Shown here piece after piece: positions 25,622-38,070 of a stretch of DNA of 64,000 nucleotides. The notes beneath the pieces were generated by a model. It saw only the letters and a list, made by a program, of their open reading frames with translations, ran no database searches and was not told where the DNA came from. Source of the DNA: Chrysomallon squamiferum (lineage: Eukaryota > Animalia > Mollusca); the NCBI GenBank assembly GCA_012295275.1, contig CM022669.1, forward strand, positions 5,022,001 through 5,086,000, read 5' to 3'. Position 1 is the first letter of the stretch; each line of letters starts with the position of its first letter. The position numbers were made by a program, and so were the translations under genes.

Positions 25622-25675
<54 letters not shown>

Positions 25676-25915
25676 CTAAGAAAGACAGCCAGTGAAGAAT
25701 ATTTTTGTAGATAATAAATGACTGATAACTTCACACACACATACGCACGCGCTCGCAAACACATAAATGTTATAATTTTTTTAAACTTTTATTTTTCAGA
25801 TCCGTCTCCAGACTTGGCACCAGAAATACTTGCAGTTATTATTATTTTCGTGATTATTTTAGCTGTGGTCGTTTTCATCGTTATATTTCTCTGTTACAAG
25901 AAGTCACAAAACAAA
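23827..25915 (+). pseudogene. Disabled second copy of the receptor-like gene (exons 23827-23887, 24159-24532, 24827-25183, 25501-25602, 25800-25915)
   Basis: A 5-bp tandem duplication (accct, 24263-24272) frameshifts exon 2 to an early TAA. The cytoplasmic exon is removed by a ~590 bp deletion at ~26168 (copy 1 ~4676-5268). Confidence 0.85.
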
Positions 25916-26846
25916 GTAAGAAGGAACAGTGATAAAATAATAGTTGCTGCAGCAGAGGTAGTAACAAGTGTTGTAGTAACAGTGGTAGTAGCAGAATTAG
26001 TAATAGCAATAGTAGTAGTGGAGGTGGTAGCAGTATAAGTAGTATCTTTACCAATAGCAAAAATAGCAGTAGTAGCAGCAAAACATATATTAACAGATAA
26101 AAACAGAATAATACATTTTCATGGTACGTAAGAGCCAGTTTGGTTCTGTTTCTAATTCATTCTGCTAATTCGTTATCATCATTATCAATATTATTATTGT
26201 TATAGAAATTAACTATAGCCAGATCTCTCGTGAATCTATAATCAATTATTTGTATAATTTCCAAAAATAAATTACTTAACAAACATTTAGCTTTATTACA
26301 TCATTATTTTATTTTATTTTATTACTACTGCTGCTACTACTACTTTTACTACTACCACAACTACAACAACAACAACTACTACTACTGCAACTAATATTGC
26401 ACAAATTCACAAATTCATTGACTGTAAGAATAATTTTGACTGCAGTTTTCACTTTCTAATACAGACGTTAGTGTGATAAATTGCTGGTGCTCATTTAAAG
26501 CAGTGGCGTGCAGAGGGGGGAGCCGAAGAGGCGGTGGCCCCAAGCATCGATATGGGGGGGGCATCGAATCAGAGAATAGAACTTAACAAATTTGGTTGAT
26601 TTATATTTAAATCGAATAAAGTGTTTATGTTTCATCTGTGTTTACATATTCAAAATATCTTCCTTTCTCATAATATTTCTCAGTACTAGGCCTTAAACTT
26701 GAGTCTTTGCGGCATACAATCGAGGATTTGTCCCAGCGCATCATCAGACTTCTGCACAGCACTGATGTAAGGTATGATGTACAGCATGTTTTGTGATGCC
26801 TTTGTTTCTTAATATTAGGCACATCACTGTTAAGTTTTCGTATATA

Positions 26847-26888
<42 letters not shown>

Positions 26889-27279
26889 TCCAAGATATTT
26901 CTGAAAATACCATTTTTAGCCACAATATTATAGCTTAAAACCTCGATTTTTGGTTGGACTAAGTAAGTAAATAATATTAATCAAGGATACAACAATATGT
27001 TCATTTCGGAAGAGTTTCTGGTTTACTGTTAAAAGATGCTTAAATACGCCGGATATTGAGTGAATTCCTGTTTCGACAGAGTTCTGCGTTGAGATGTGTG
27101 TGTGGGTCTGTGTGATTAACACCAACAGCTACAGTGAGACGATAATGATGTACATTTTAATCCTACAGTCGTAGGTTGATTTACGCAATAAAGATTTTTA
27201 TTTATCATATTTGTCAATCTTATTGTTACTGTTTTATAAATTAAGTTTAATATTTTAGTGAAATTCTAACCAAGTGATA

Positions 27280-27600
27280 GACCGGTTTTGAAGTAATTTA
27301 AACCGAACCGAATGACGGAATATATCGACGTATTCCGAAACGTCGCTACGAACTTTACCGATTGCAACCGGATATAGCAGACGTAAAAGATGTGAAAGTA
27401 GGCAAGTGTTATGAATTCCAGGAAATATTTTGTAGTGTTCTGTTGCGTAATACAAAGAAATCAGCTACTTTTATTTTGTCTTCATGTAGTTTCCTGTTGA
27501 AGTAGTTATTCTGAGTGATCCCAGAGGCTGTTACCTTATTATGGAAGCAAATTTTTCTAAATCAATAGTTCCGGGAATGCACTTATTTTTCCCGTGAAAC
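27280..27600 (+). promoter_or_regulatory. Putative promoter / 5' region of JAK copy 2 with STAT (GAS) motifs
   Basis: TTCCAGGAA at 27416-27424, TTCCGGGAA at 27569-27577 and N4-spaced TTCCCGTGAA at 27589-27598, next to a CpG-rich stretch. Confidence 0.45.
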
Positions 27601-28070
27601 ATGTAACATTGTAAGTTAGTAAGATACCAACAAAGTAAGGAAAAGTATCATCTGGATGCCTAAAAAACCCGTCGATGTAACAGGTCAGACTTTTATAAGA
27701 TGTGTAATAAATGTATGTCATTGTTTTTAATCGTTAATTGTTGCTTATTTTTATTTGAGCATTAAAATATTAAATTGCAAATTTGTCACGTTCATTCAGC
27801 ATTGGCATTTTAAGTTAAAAGCGGTGTGATTTACATAAATACTTTGATAGAAGAAAGTGTTACAGCTGCAGTAAACTTTGAATTCATAACATAATGTTTA
27901 TAATTATAAACTATAAATTTTATTTACTTATTTATTTTGTAATGAAATTTGTATTTTAAATATTATTACTATCGTTGTTATATTATTATTATTATTATTA
28001 TTAATTTCATTTTAATTTTATTAAAGAATCATCACAATTTATATTTTCAGATTAAAACTAAATAATTATA

Positions 28071-31000
28071 ATGATTCGGTCAAGCAAATCATCTCGCCAT
28101 GAAGAGAGTTTCACAGGTTTGAAAATTCACTTCTACGGACGTATAAATCCTTTAATAATTCCAGTTTCTGACTTTCCCATCATTGTTGAAGATGTTTGCG
28201 TTTTGGCAGCAGAACATGTAAGCTCATGCGTGTGTCAGGAAGCAGAACAGAAAGCATCAGACAGAAAACTAAAAAATGAAACTAGGTTGCAATCTTTGTT
28301 TTTATCGATGTTTGGTCTGGTGAATATGGATCACAAGCTGTGGCTGAGTTGCAGAGAGAAGCTGACAGCTACTCATCACTATCACAAAGAATGCTTCTTC
28401 AGAATCAGATTTAGAATTTATGACGGAAAGTTGGATGCCTTGGCAGACATGGATCCTCTGATGCTTGATTACTTCTACTGGCAGTGCAGAGATGACTTTC
28501 TAAATGACAGGTTTTCCTCGCTGTACGGCAAAGATGTCGAAGTAAGCAAACAGCTTGGTCTCATGGTTATGGACTTGATGATTCCTGACAGTTCCAAACA
28601 GCTGAAAAAGTGCAAGGTCCATCAGATAAACAGTCCCCAATTCAAGTGTGTATAACCTTTGCTAGAAACAACCTCTCCTGGCGAGGTCTTTGGAAACATC
28701 TTCCAAGAAGTCTGAGAAGAAAGTATTGCTGCAATCCATGGCATTACATCAGGCTGTATTTTAGTCTGCGTTCTGAGCTGCTGTCAGATTTTCCAAAAAA
28801 CACTTGGGCTGATGTCACAGAGTTGAAAAAATCCTACATCAGAGGAGTGCTAGAATATGTGCCAAACTATGGGACTGAAAAGTATAAAGTGATGTTTCTC
28901 AAAGAAGATGGAAACATTGGCAAACTGGAGGAACTTCTGGTGGATGTGTATGAATCGCGTCCTCGTGGAGTTTTTACCGTTGTTCATGTATGTATGTCTT
29001 TTTCTCTGTGTATGTTTGTATGTATATGTGTCTTTTGGTGTGTATGTATGTGTGTGTATATGTATATATCCACGTGTGTCCTTTTCTATGTGTGTTTATG
29101 TATGTATGTGTGTCCTTTTCTATGTGTGTGTGTCTTTATGTATGTATGTAGTATGTATGCATGCAAGTGTCCTTTTCTGTGCGTATATATTTATTTATGC
29201 ATGTATTTATGTGTGTATGTGTCTGTATATATTTCAGGATTTGAATATTCTCTATCTTATGTAAATCTGAATATACTCTGCATGTAGACAATATTTGGGA
29301 AAGCACTGGTGCAGGAGGACAAAGTCCAATCACAACCTAATAAATCCCATATGACATCCATTTGCCTGCACTCCTTTCGGTCATTATGTATGTAATTGTG
29401 TGTGTGTGTATGTAGATATTGTGTCTGTGTGTGTGTGTAGATATTAGTTGTTTTTTGTTTGTGTGTTGTACATGTTATACATGTTTATATGTATGTATGT
29501 ATGTGTACATATAAAGTGTGTAAATATAAAGTTTTGCATGTATTATTTGTAAAGTCATCATATTCATTTCTATTCTCAGAAGAACACACACATCTGTGCA
29601 TGATAATGATTTATAAAGATAAATGAAACTATTCTGGACAGTGGATTATGTGAAAGTGATCTTTGATATTTCCTACTTGTAGAAAGTTAATCACATATCA
29701 CAACCTTTTATATATTTTGTTGTAATGTTAAACTCCTAACAGCTGTAATGATACACAAAACTTCAGTGGATAAAAAAATGATGTCCCTCTCAGTTATAAC
29801 TTGCTCCAACTTTACTAAAAATTAATGAATGAAAATCTCATTTACGAACAACATTTTGTTTGATTGATTTTGTCCATTTTGGGTTTTTCCTAGATATACA
29901 GAGTGGCAGTGTTTAAATACTGAAGTTGTTGACAGCAGGAAAAGAAAATATCTTGAAAAATAGATCTGATTACTCAGACTTATAATTAATGTGTATTTTA
30001 ACAAACTGAACTAGGTTTAGAAGGCTGAAGCTGAATGGAAAGTCTATGTAAAATATCATTTGCTGCTAATAACCTAGCAATGGCAGTAAAGATTCTTCAA
30101 ACTGAAATAATTTCAGTGTTTGACACACAGCTAATGGTCCTTAACATTAAAATACTTTCTCTACAGATTCATATTTATTAAATGTAGCAATCCCCTTAAC
30201 AAAAACACAGTTTGTATTAAATATATATAGATATATGTATATCAGTTTAAGTAGCATGATACTTCAAGTTGAGCTGTTTTTAGGTTATGCATATATTAAA
30301 CAGTTGTGTTTGTGTGTGTGTGTGGGTGTGGGTGTACATACACATAACAATTTTTTCTTAATATATAAAATTACAAAATGTATTATTTTTATTTTCAGGG
30401 AATTGTACAGTTTGAACATTTGCAAAATATATCGATGACAACATCGGGACTGGAAAAATTTGGAGGAAAAGTTCATATTGATGAATCACAGGGCCTGCCA
30501 AAAGTTTGTTGTTTTTGCTACATTTATTTTTATTATTTTATATAATTAATTAATTATTATTTGTTTTATTTTTGAGATGTGATGACTTGATTGTAAATCT
30601 AGATGTCTGTTGTATTTAGGTGTGTATGTGATGTGAATGTATGTATTTTTATGTTTACAGATGCAATGTGTCTGTATATGTTGTGTGTTTGAGTTTATGG
30701 ATACAGTGTGTTTGTGTGACAGGGTGTGTGTGTGTGTTATACTTATTGTTAGAAAGTTTAAAGTCAAAGATAACATTTGCTGCTTTGTAGATCATGTTCT
30801 TTCAAACCAAAGAAGAAGCAGATTCATTCGTATCTGGTGTTGTTGGATTTTTCCGACATCTGCACGACTACTACAACATGTTGTGTAAAACAGTGGAACC
30901 ACCAAGCCTGGAGCTGGTGAATAATTTAAAAAGCTATGGACCAATGACGTGTGTACCATTTCTTTATGAATAACTATAATTATTTAATTTTATCTGTGTG

Positions 31001-32387
31001 AAATATTTTGGTTATAAATGTCATAGTGTGTGAGATATTTTAGTTATAAATGTTGTATTTTTTGTGTGTGATATTTTAGTTATGTCATAGTGTTTGTGAT
31101 ATTTTAGTTATAAATGTCATAACGTGTGTGATATTTTAGTTATAAATGTCAGTGTGTGTGATATTTTAGTTATAAATGTCGTAGTGTGTGATATTTTAGT
31201 TATAAATGTCAGTGTGTGTGATATTTTAGTTATAAATATCGTAGGCATGTGTGACATTTTGGTTATGTCATAGTGTGTGTGATGTTTTAGTTATAAATGT
31301 CATAGTGTTTGATATTTTAGTTATAAATGTAGTGTGTGTGATATTTTAGTTATAAATGTCAGTGTGTGTGATATTTTAGTTATAAATGTCATATGTGTGA
31401 TATTTTAGTTATAAATGTCGTGTGTGTGATATTTTTGTTTTAAATGTTTATTCTACAGTGTATTGTATATACTGTCTTTCTATAAAAAGATTTTCCAATT
31501 TATCAAACACTGTCAATAAAGACTTAAAACCCAATAAAATAAATGAAATCAATAACTAAATAAATGCATTTGAAAAGAAGTAAATTCACAAACAAATGAA
31601 TGAGTGAATAAATAAATAAATAAATAAATGAAAATTTAAATAAATAAAACTATAAATAAATAAGTATATAGACTAGTTCTGAAAATGTAAATAGATAAAT
31701 AAATAATTTGAAATTGTTATTACAGCGATGAACAAGCCTGCACAATACTGAGGGCAGAACTAAGCGTCAAAGAAAGCAAGCCAAGTTTGACAAACTCGAC
31801 TTTCTTTCTCATACACCAGAATGATACAGATCTTTACAAATTTACTGTTTTGAGCAAGATTGAGAACCAAGAACAGTTTGAGAAAAAACACATATCCTAC
31901 AAGAATGGAATGTTCACCCTGCAGTCAGAAGGTGCAGATCCCAAACAGTTTGTCAATGCAGTGTCTCTGCTTCAAGAACTGAGAGCTGCTGGCAAACAGA
32001 TTCGTCCCCAGACTGGCACAGGTAAAAATAAATGATTTTAACATTAAAAGTTATTAAAATTGTCTGGTATATTAATTACTGGATCCATGTAATATGTCCC
32101 TTATCCAAGAATTCTTGATCATTAATAATCTCCAGAGAAAAATGATGTATTGTAAGTTGGTGACACTTGTTTTATTGTTAAATATTGTCTTGGATTGATT
32201 ATGTTGCAGATAGTGGTATTTGTGAGATATTTAAGGATGACCTCATTAATTACTACTATCGAGCTGAAAACAAACAGACAGACAAACAGACAAGGGAGCC
32301 AATGTTCTTCACAGATCAGCACATTAGTCCATCAGATATCAAACATTTGTGTAAGTTGACAATTTTCTAGTGAATGACATATACATA

Positions 32388-32433
<46 letters not shown>

Positions 32434-35400
32434 ATGTGCATGTGAAGGGCTTAGTTCAGGGGTCTTTGATCTCAGTTCAGTTTCCAGGCATGAAAAATAA
32501 ATAAATATTACCAGTAATAAATTCATCATTTCAAAGGTAATCATTTCTTCACTCTTTTCCTTCATTACTGACTCTTGATAAACTTCATAATTTTTATTAT
32601 ATATATATATATAAAAGGATTTAAATTTTAAATTTTTTATTTAATGTTTTTGTGTATCTTTGATTTATAATTTCATTGTTTATTTCTTATCGTTTAGAAT
32701 TATTTTTTCTGTTACTTTCTGCAGGCTACGGTCGATACACTGAAGTGAGCAAAGCACAGCTGTGTATTAATCAGAAGTCTGAAGACGAAGATGTCATCAT
32801 AAAGCAACTTAAAAGCAACAATTCTAACTTGATGGAGGTAACTTCTTTTATCAGCAAGTTCTTTTTTATTTAAAAAGAAAAGATTAAAAAACCATTCCTA
32901 TTTAATTTTGAAAAGTAAAAAAAACAATTTTTTAAATGTGTTTGCATTACAGCGACATAATGATGAATAAAGGATTTGCTTTACTGAGAAATTAAAAAAC
33001 TAATAATTTGATTTATTTTGTAGGCTTTCCAGGAAGGGGCGTCAAAGCTGATGCAGATGAAGCACTCACTGTTCATCCGATTCTTTGGAATTATGGTGGC
33101 TCCTCCTTACAGGGTTGTCCTGGAGATGGCACCAGGTGGGAGTTTGGAGAAATTTCTTATAAACAGTCAGCATGCTCTGTCTCTGATGCAGATAATGTTG
33201 GTTGTGGAGCAAGTGTCACAAGGAATTAATTGGATGGTAATGTTCCCCTAATATCTAGATGTACCTTTTGTAGTACGAATGAATGTCGTGATACTCACGA
33301 GATAGTCTTTTATAAAAATTATTATTATTACATTTGTTTTTGTTGCTGTTGTTATACACAAATTATTATTATTATTATTATTACTATATTACTTTCAATA
33401 TTACTGTCATTATTATTATAATTACTGTTACTATTATCGGTTATTGTTATTACTAGTCTTATTACTATGATAAATATTGTTGTTATTATCACTATTATTA
33501 TTATTACTAGTCTTATTACCATTGTAAATATTACTGTTGTTGTTATCACTATTATTATTAGTACCAGTCTTATTACTGTTATTTTGTTACTGTTGATGCT
33601 TTTGTTTTTGTTATTATTATTATTATTATTATCATCATTGTTGTTTATTTTGCAGAAAGATAATGGTTTGACTCATGGTAATCTGAGGTCTAGGAACATC
33701 ATGGTTTTCCAGGATATTAAGTCCGACATCTCAGTAAAAATTGGTGATCCAGGTCTGGTTTCACATTTCAGCAAAAAATCACTGGATGATGACTACAATC
33801 AGGAAAGGTAAAATTTAATTTTGGGATTAAATGTATCTCAGTAATTAAGATATCCCCCCCCCCGAAAAAAGAAGAGCCTGAAGAGCAAGTGAAAAAGAGC
33901 AGACTGGTTTTAATTGCTGGTTAATGTTGGCATACCAAGCACTGAAAAGTAATGATTTGACAGGATCTATATTGCTAAGCCCAGATAAAAGGCTGTTTTC
34001 CCATACCAGTCACTCACTAGTTTATCTGAGACTCTAATTGTTTGGGTTTTTCTTTCTTCTGTAAAAGATAAGGTATATGTAAAAGAGATCTTATTAATAA
34101 TCATGAGAGTAGACCATTGTGTAGTAACAGAATATTTACACATTATCTTTATGGTTTTTACAATAATTAAGAAAGTTGCCACATAGCCTTAGATTTTTAA
34201 AAGTAATTAAGTTTGATGTCATATAACCATAAACTTTAACAGTAATTAAATATGATGGCATATAGCCACAAATCTTTAACAGTATGTGATGTCATATGAC
34301 CACAAATATTTGTGAGTAATTAAATATGATGTCATGTAGCCACAAACTGATGCCATATAATCGTAGAATTAAAAAATATTAACAAACCAATTTTGTCTTG
34401 GTCAAAAAATTATGGATGATATTTAAATCATTTGGATGACAATTAGGTTATTGCTGTTGTTTTACAGGTTGCCTTGGATTGCAGTAGAACTCTACCCAGA
34501 TCTCAGCAAACTGACTCCTGCCTCAGACATTTATTCTTTTGCTGTGTTGTGGTGGGAGCTGCTGACAAAAGGGCAGAGGCCATACGCAGACAGAAGGGAA
34601 AAACAAAAACCAGTGAGTGGCCCAGATTTATTCTTTACCAGCAAAATTACATGTATTACGAGTGATGATGATGTAGTGTGTTACGAGTGATAACGATATA
34701 CAGTGTTATGCAAATGATGTTATGAGTGATGATGAGGTACAGTGTTATGAGTGATGATGAGGCACAATGTTATGAGTAATGATGATGTACTCTGTTATGA
34801 GTGATGATGAGGTACAGTGTGTTATGAATGATGATGAGGGACAGTGTTATGAGTGATGATGATGTACTGTGTTATGAGTGATGATGAGGTACAGTGTGTT
34901 ATGAGTGATGATGAGGCTTGGTGTTACGAGTGATGATGATGTACAATGTTACAAGTGATAATGTAGAGTGTGTTCTGTGTGATGATGAGGTACACTGTGT
35001 TTTGAGTGATGATGTAAAACCCACATAAATCATACTGACTACTGAATTCTGGCATGCCATCATAAGAACACAAATTATAGAAATTTCTGAAATCATGGTT
35101 GCCAAACAAACTCATTTTTCTGTTCTAGTTGAAGGATTTAATCTTGGCTGGAATGAGGCCATCATGCCCGAAATCGCTTCGACCAGATAATGATTTTGAC
35201 AAAAAACGGGAATCATTCAGTGAGAACGCAGCACTGGGGAATGTGAACAAGTCTAATGTTGATGCTTTGTCTGACCAGGAAGAACACAATTCCAGTGGAA
35301 TAGTCATGGAAGATAACCTGGAGGAAGACATCAAACAAAATATTTGGGATTTTATCCAGAAATGTTGGACAAGGGAAGATGACAGGCCTGAATCGCAGGA

Positions 35401-38035
35401 GATTGTTCGTTTTGTTTTAGCAAGTAATATATTTTATAGTTTTAAAATTTGTTTTTTTTCTTTATACTTCCAAGTTATTATTTTATTGTTGGGATATTTC
35501 TATGTATTAATTAAGGTTGATGCCCCAAATTCCCAAGGTAAAACATAACTTGAAAGTATAGATAATGTACTGAGACTATTTCTTCATATAACCTAAGGTA
35601 CATTTTAAAAGAAAAACAATAACAACAACAACAATATTAATATTACTTGAAATTTTACATTTGTAAAAGATTGAAACATTTTAAAATATTGTTATTTATT
35701 ATTATTTTGTAAGTTCAAGGAAATGAGAACATGTCATATGTCTGTATGTATAGATCAAAAAGATTAATAATGTTTAAATTTTAGATTTAAATATTTTCAG
35801 TGTAGTACAATAAAACAAATCACAATTATATTTTATAATTCAGGATAGCTTTGTAATGATAATAAAAGTCATTCAAACTTCTGTTCTTTAACATCCTCAA
35901 AGACCAGTATTTTGTGATAAAAAATCATTTTCAGAGCTCCAATGGTGAATGTATTGTTGGTTTTGGTATGAAACCCTACAAAGTCCAAAAAATCATGTCA
36001 ATATGGTCCTTAAGAATTCTTAAAATATCCATGAATTTCTATTCGGGATCTGTATGGGAACCATGTAACTACATTTCGGTTAAAGTAAAATTGAATATAA
36101 AATCATTCACTCATTTTCTAGACATATTTATTTATTTATTTATATATATATATCTACTTTGATTAAAAAGTTAATTTTTTGTATAAATAAATAAATAAAT
36201 AAATAAAAATTAAAACAGTTTATGTTTTCTCATTTCAGTCTATGACCAGGTAAAGCAGTTGGATTCAGAAGAGGTGGAAATTGACTGGGACACTATTTTG
36301 AACTTTAATAAACACATGGCTGCTTTCTCCAAGCCTCAAACACATCACACTGACAGAAATAGCCAGTTAATAGATCCTAAAAGATTAGAGAAGGTGGAAA
36401 ATGGTTTTCTAGGAAAGGTGAATAAAAGATATATATATATATATATATATAAATGAAAAAGAAATTAAATAAAGATTTTAAAAAGCAAATAAATATAAAC
36501 TATATAAAATAAAAATTAATAAAAAATTGAAATAAGTGAGTAAATATAGAAGATATAAATTATTATAAAATAAATAAGATAATAAATATAAAAAAAAGAA
36601 ATTAAAAGAAAAAAGTAAAGAAATATGAAATATGTAAATTAATTAAGAAAGTAAATATATATAATAATAAATTTAAAAAAAGAAATATATAAATTAATAA
36701 AAAACATAAGTAAGAAAATATATAAATTAATGAAATAGAAATAAGTAAATAGAAATAAAATATAAAAAATAAAAAATAAATTAGTAAATATAAAATATAT
36801 AAATTAATAATAAATAGATAAGTAAATATAAAATACATAAATTATTATAAAATAAGTAGTATGAAATGATTAAGTAAAGACATAAACATAAGTTCATACA
36901 TTAATATAAGTTTATAAGTAAATAAATAATAATAATACGATTTAAAATTAAATGAAAAGTCATCCCTTAAGGAAATAAATTTATTTACAAGTCCCAAGTC
37001 ATACTAAAGTCATAAACTATATATCCACAATTTGATATTTAATGATTATGAAATTGCAAAATGTTGTGTGTAATAAAATGTCTTCTAACAATATCTCTAT
37101 GTAGAATGTGTCAACAAAGGATTCTGAAAAATATAAAAAGAAAATACCTTTATACTGACAATAATTTTATTAACAAAAACAAAAATATTTCAAAATGTTT
37201 GTTTTTATTATTAATATATAGTATTGCACTTTTAATCCTGGTACACTATCATTTTATAATTATTTTATTATTACCAAATTTTACAATGAATTTTATAATT
37301 ATTTTTTAAATTAATAATAACAATTTTGGTTTTATTACTATCAAATACAATAATAATCATAATGATAACAGGATTATTTTTGGTGAGAATGAGTATGATA
37401 ATTAATAAATATAAATTTGGTATTATTTCTGTTATTAACAATCAACTTCTGTCATTAACAATAATGATTCTTATTTATATATTTACCAGATACCATAATT
37501 ATAACTTTTTTCCCCCCACAGGTAAGTACTAATGATTTCAACATTATTTTTATCAATAATTTGTTATTTGAAAAATTTCATTTCATCAGAAAATAATAAT
37601 AATAATAATAATAATAATTACAATATAAATGAAATATAGAACAAAAACAATTAATTTTTGAAAATGAAAAATAAATAACAACAGCAACAACAACAAAAAT
37701 AAATAGAATATAAGAAAAAAAAAGAAAAAATACAAATATGTAAAACAAAGAAAAATAATAAATTGCTAAACATACAAACAAATTTTACATCAAATTAAAA
37801 TTAATAATAAAATGTGAATCTAATAATTACATTCAATAGTTTGCTTGTAACATAAACATAACATCTTTCACATCAAGCTTGTTAAAAGGAATGTAATAGA
37901 AAAAACCCACTTTCAAACAGATTTGAAATGCATAGGGGGAAAAAAAAAGAGTAAATATAAAATACATAAATTATTATAAAATAAGTAGTATAAAATAATT
38001 AAGTAAAGATGTAAACATAAGTTCATACATTAATA

Positions 38036-38070
<35 letters not shown>

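Noticed and set aside
27296-27320. aaaccgaaccgaa as an ISRE/IRF site
   Set aside because: Does not match GAAANNGAAA; too weak to call.
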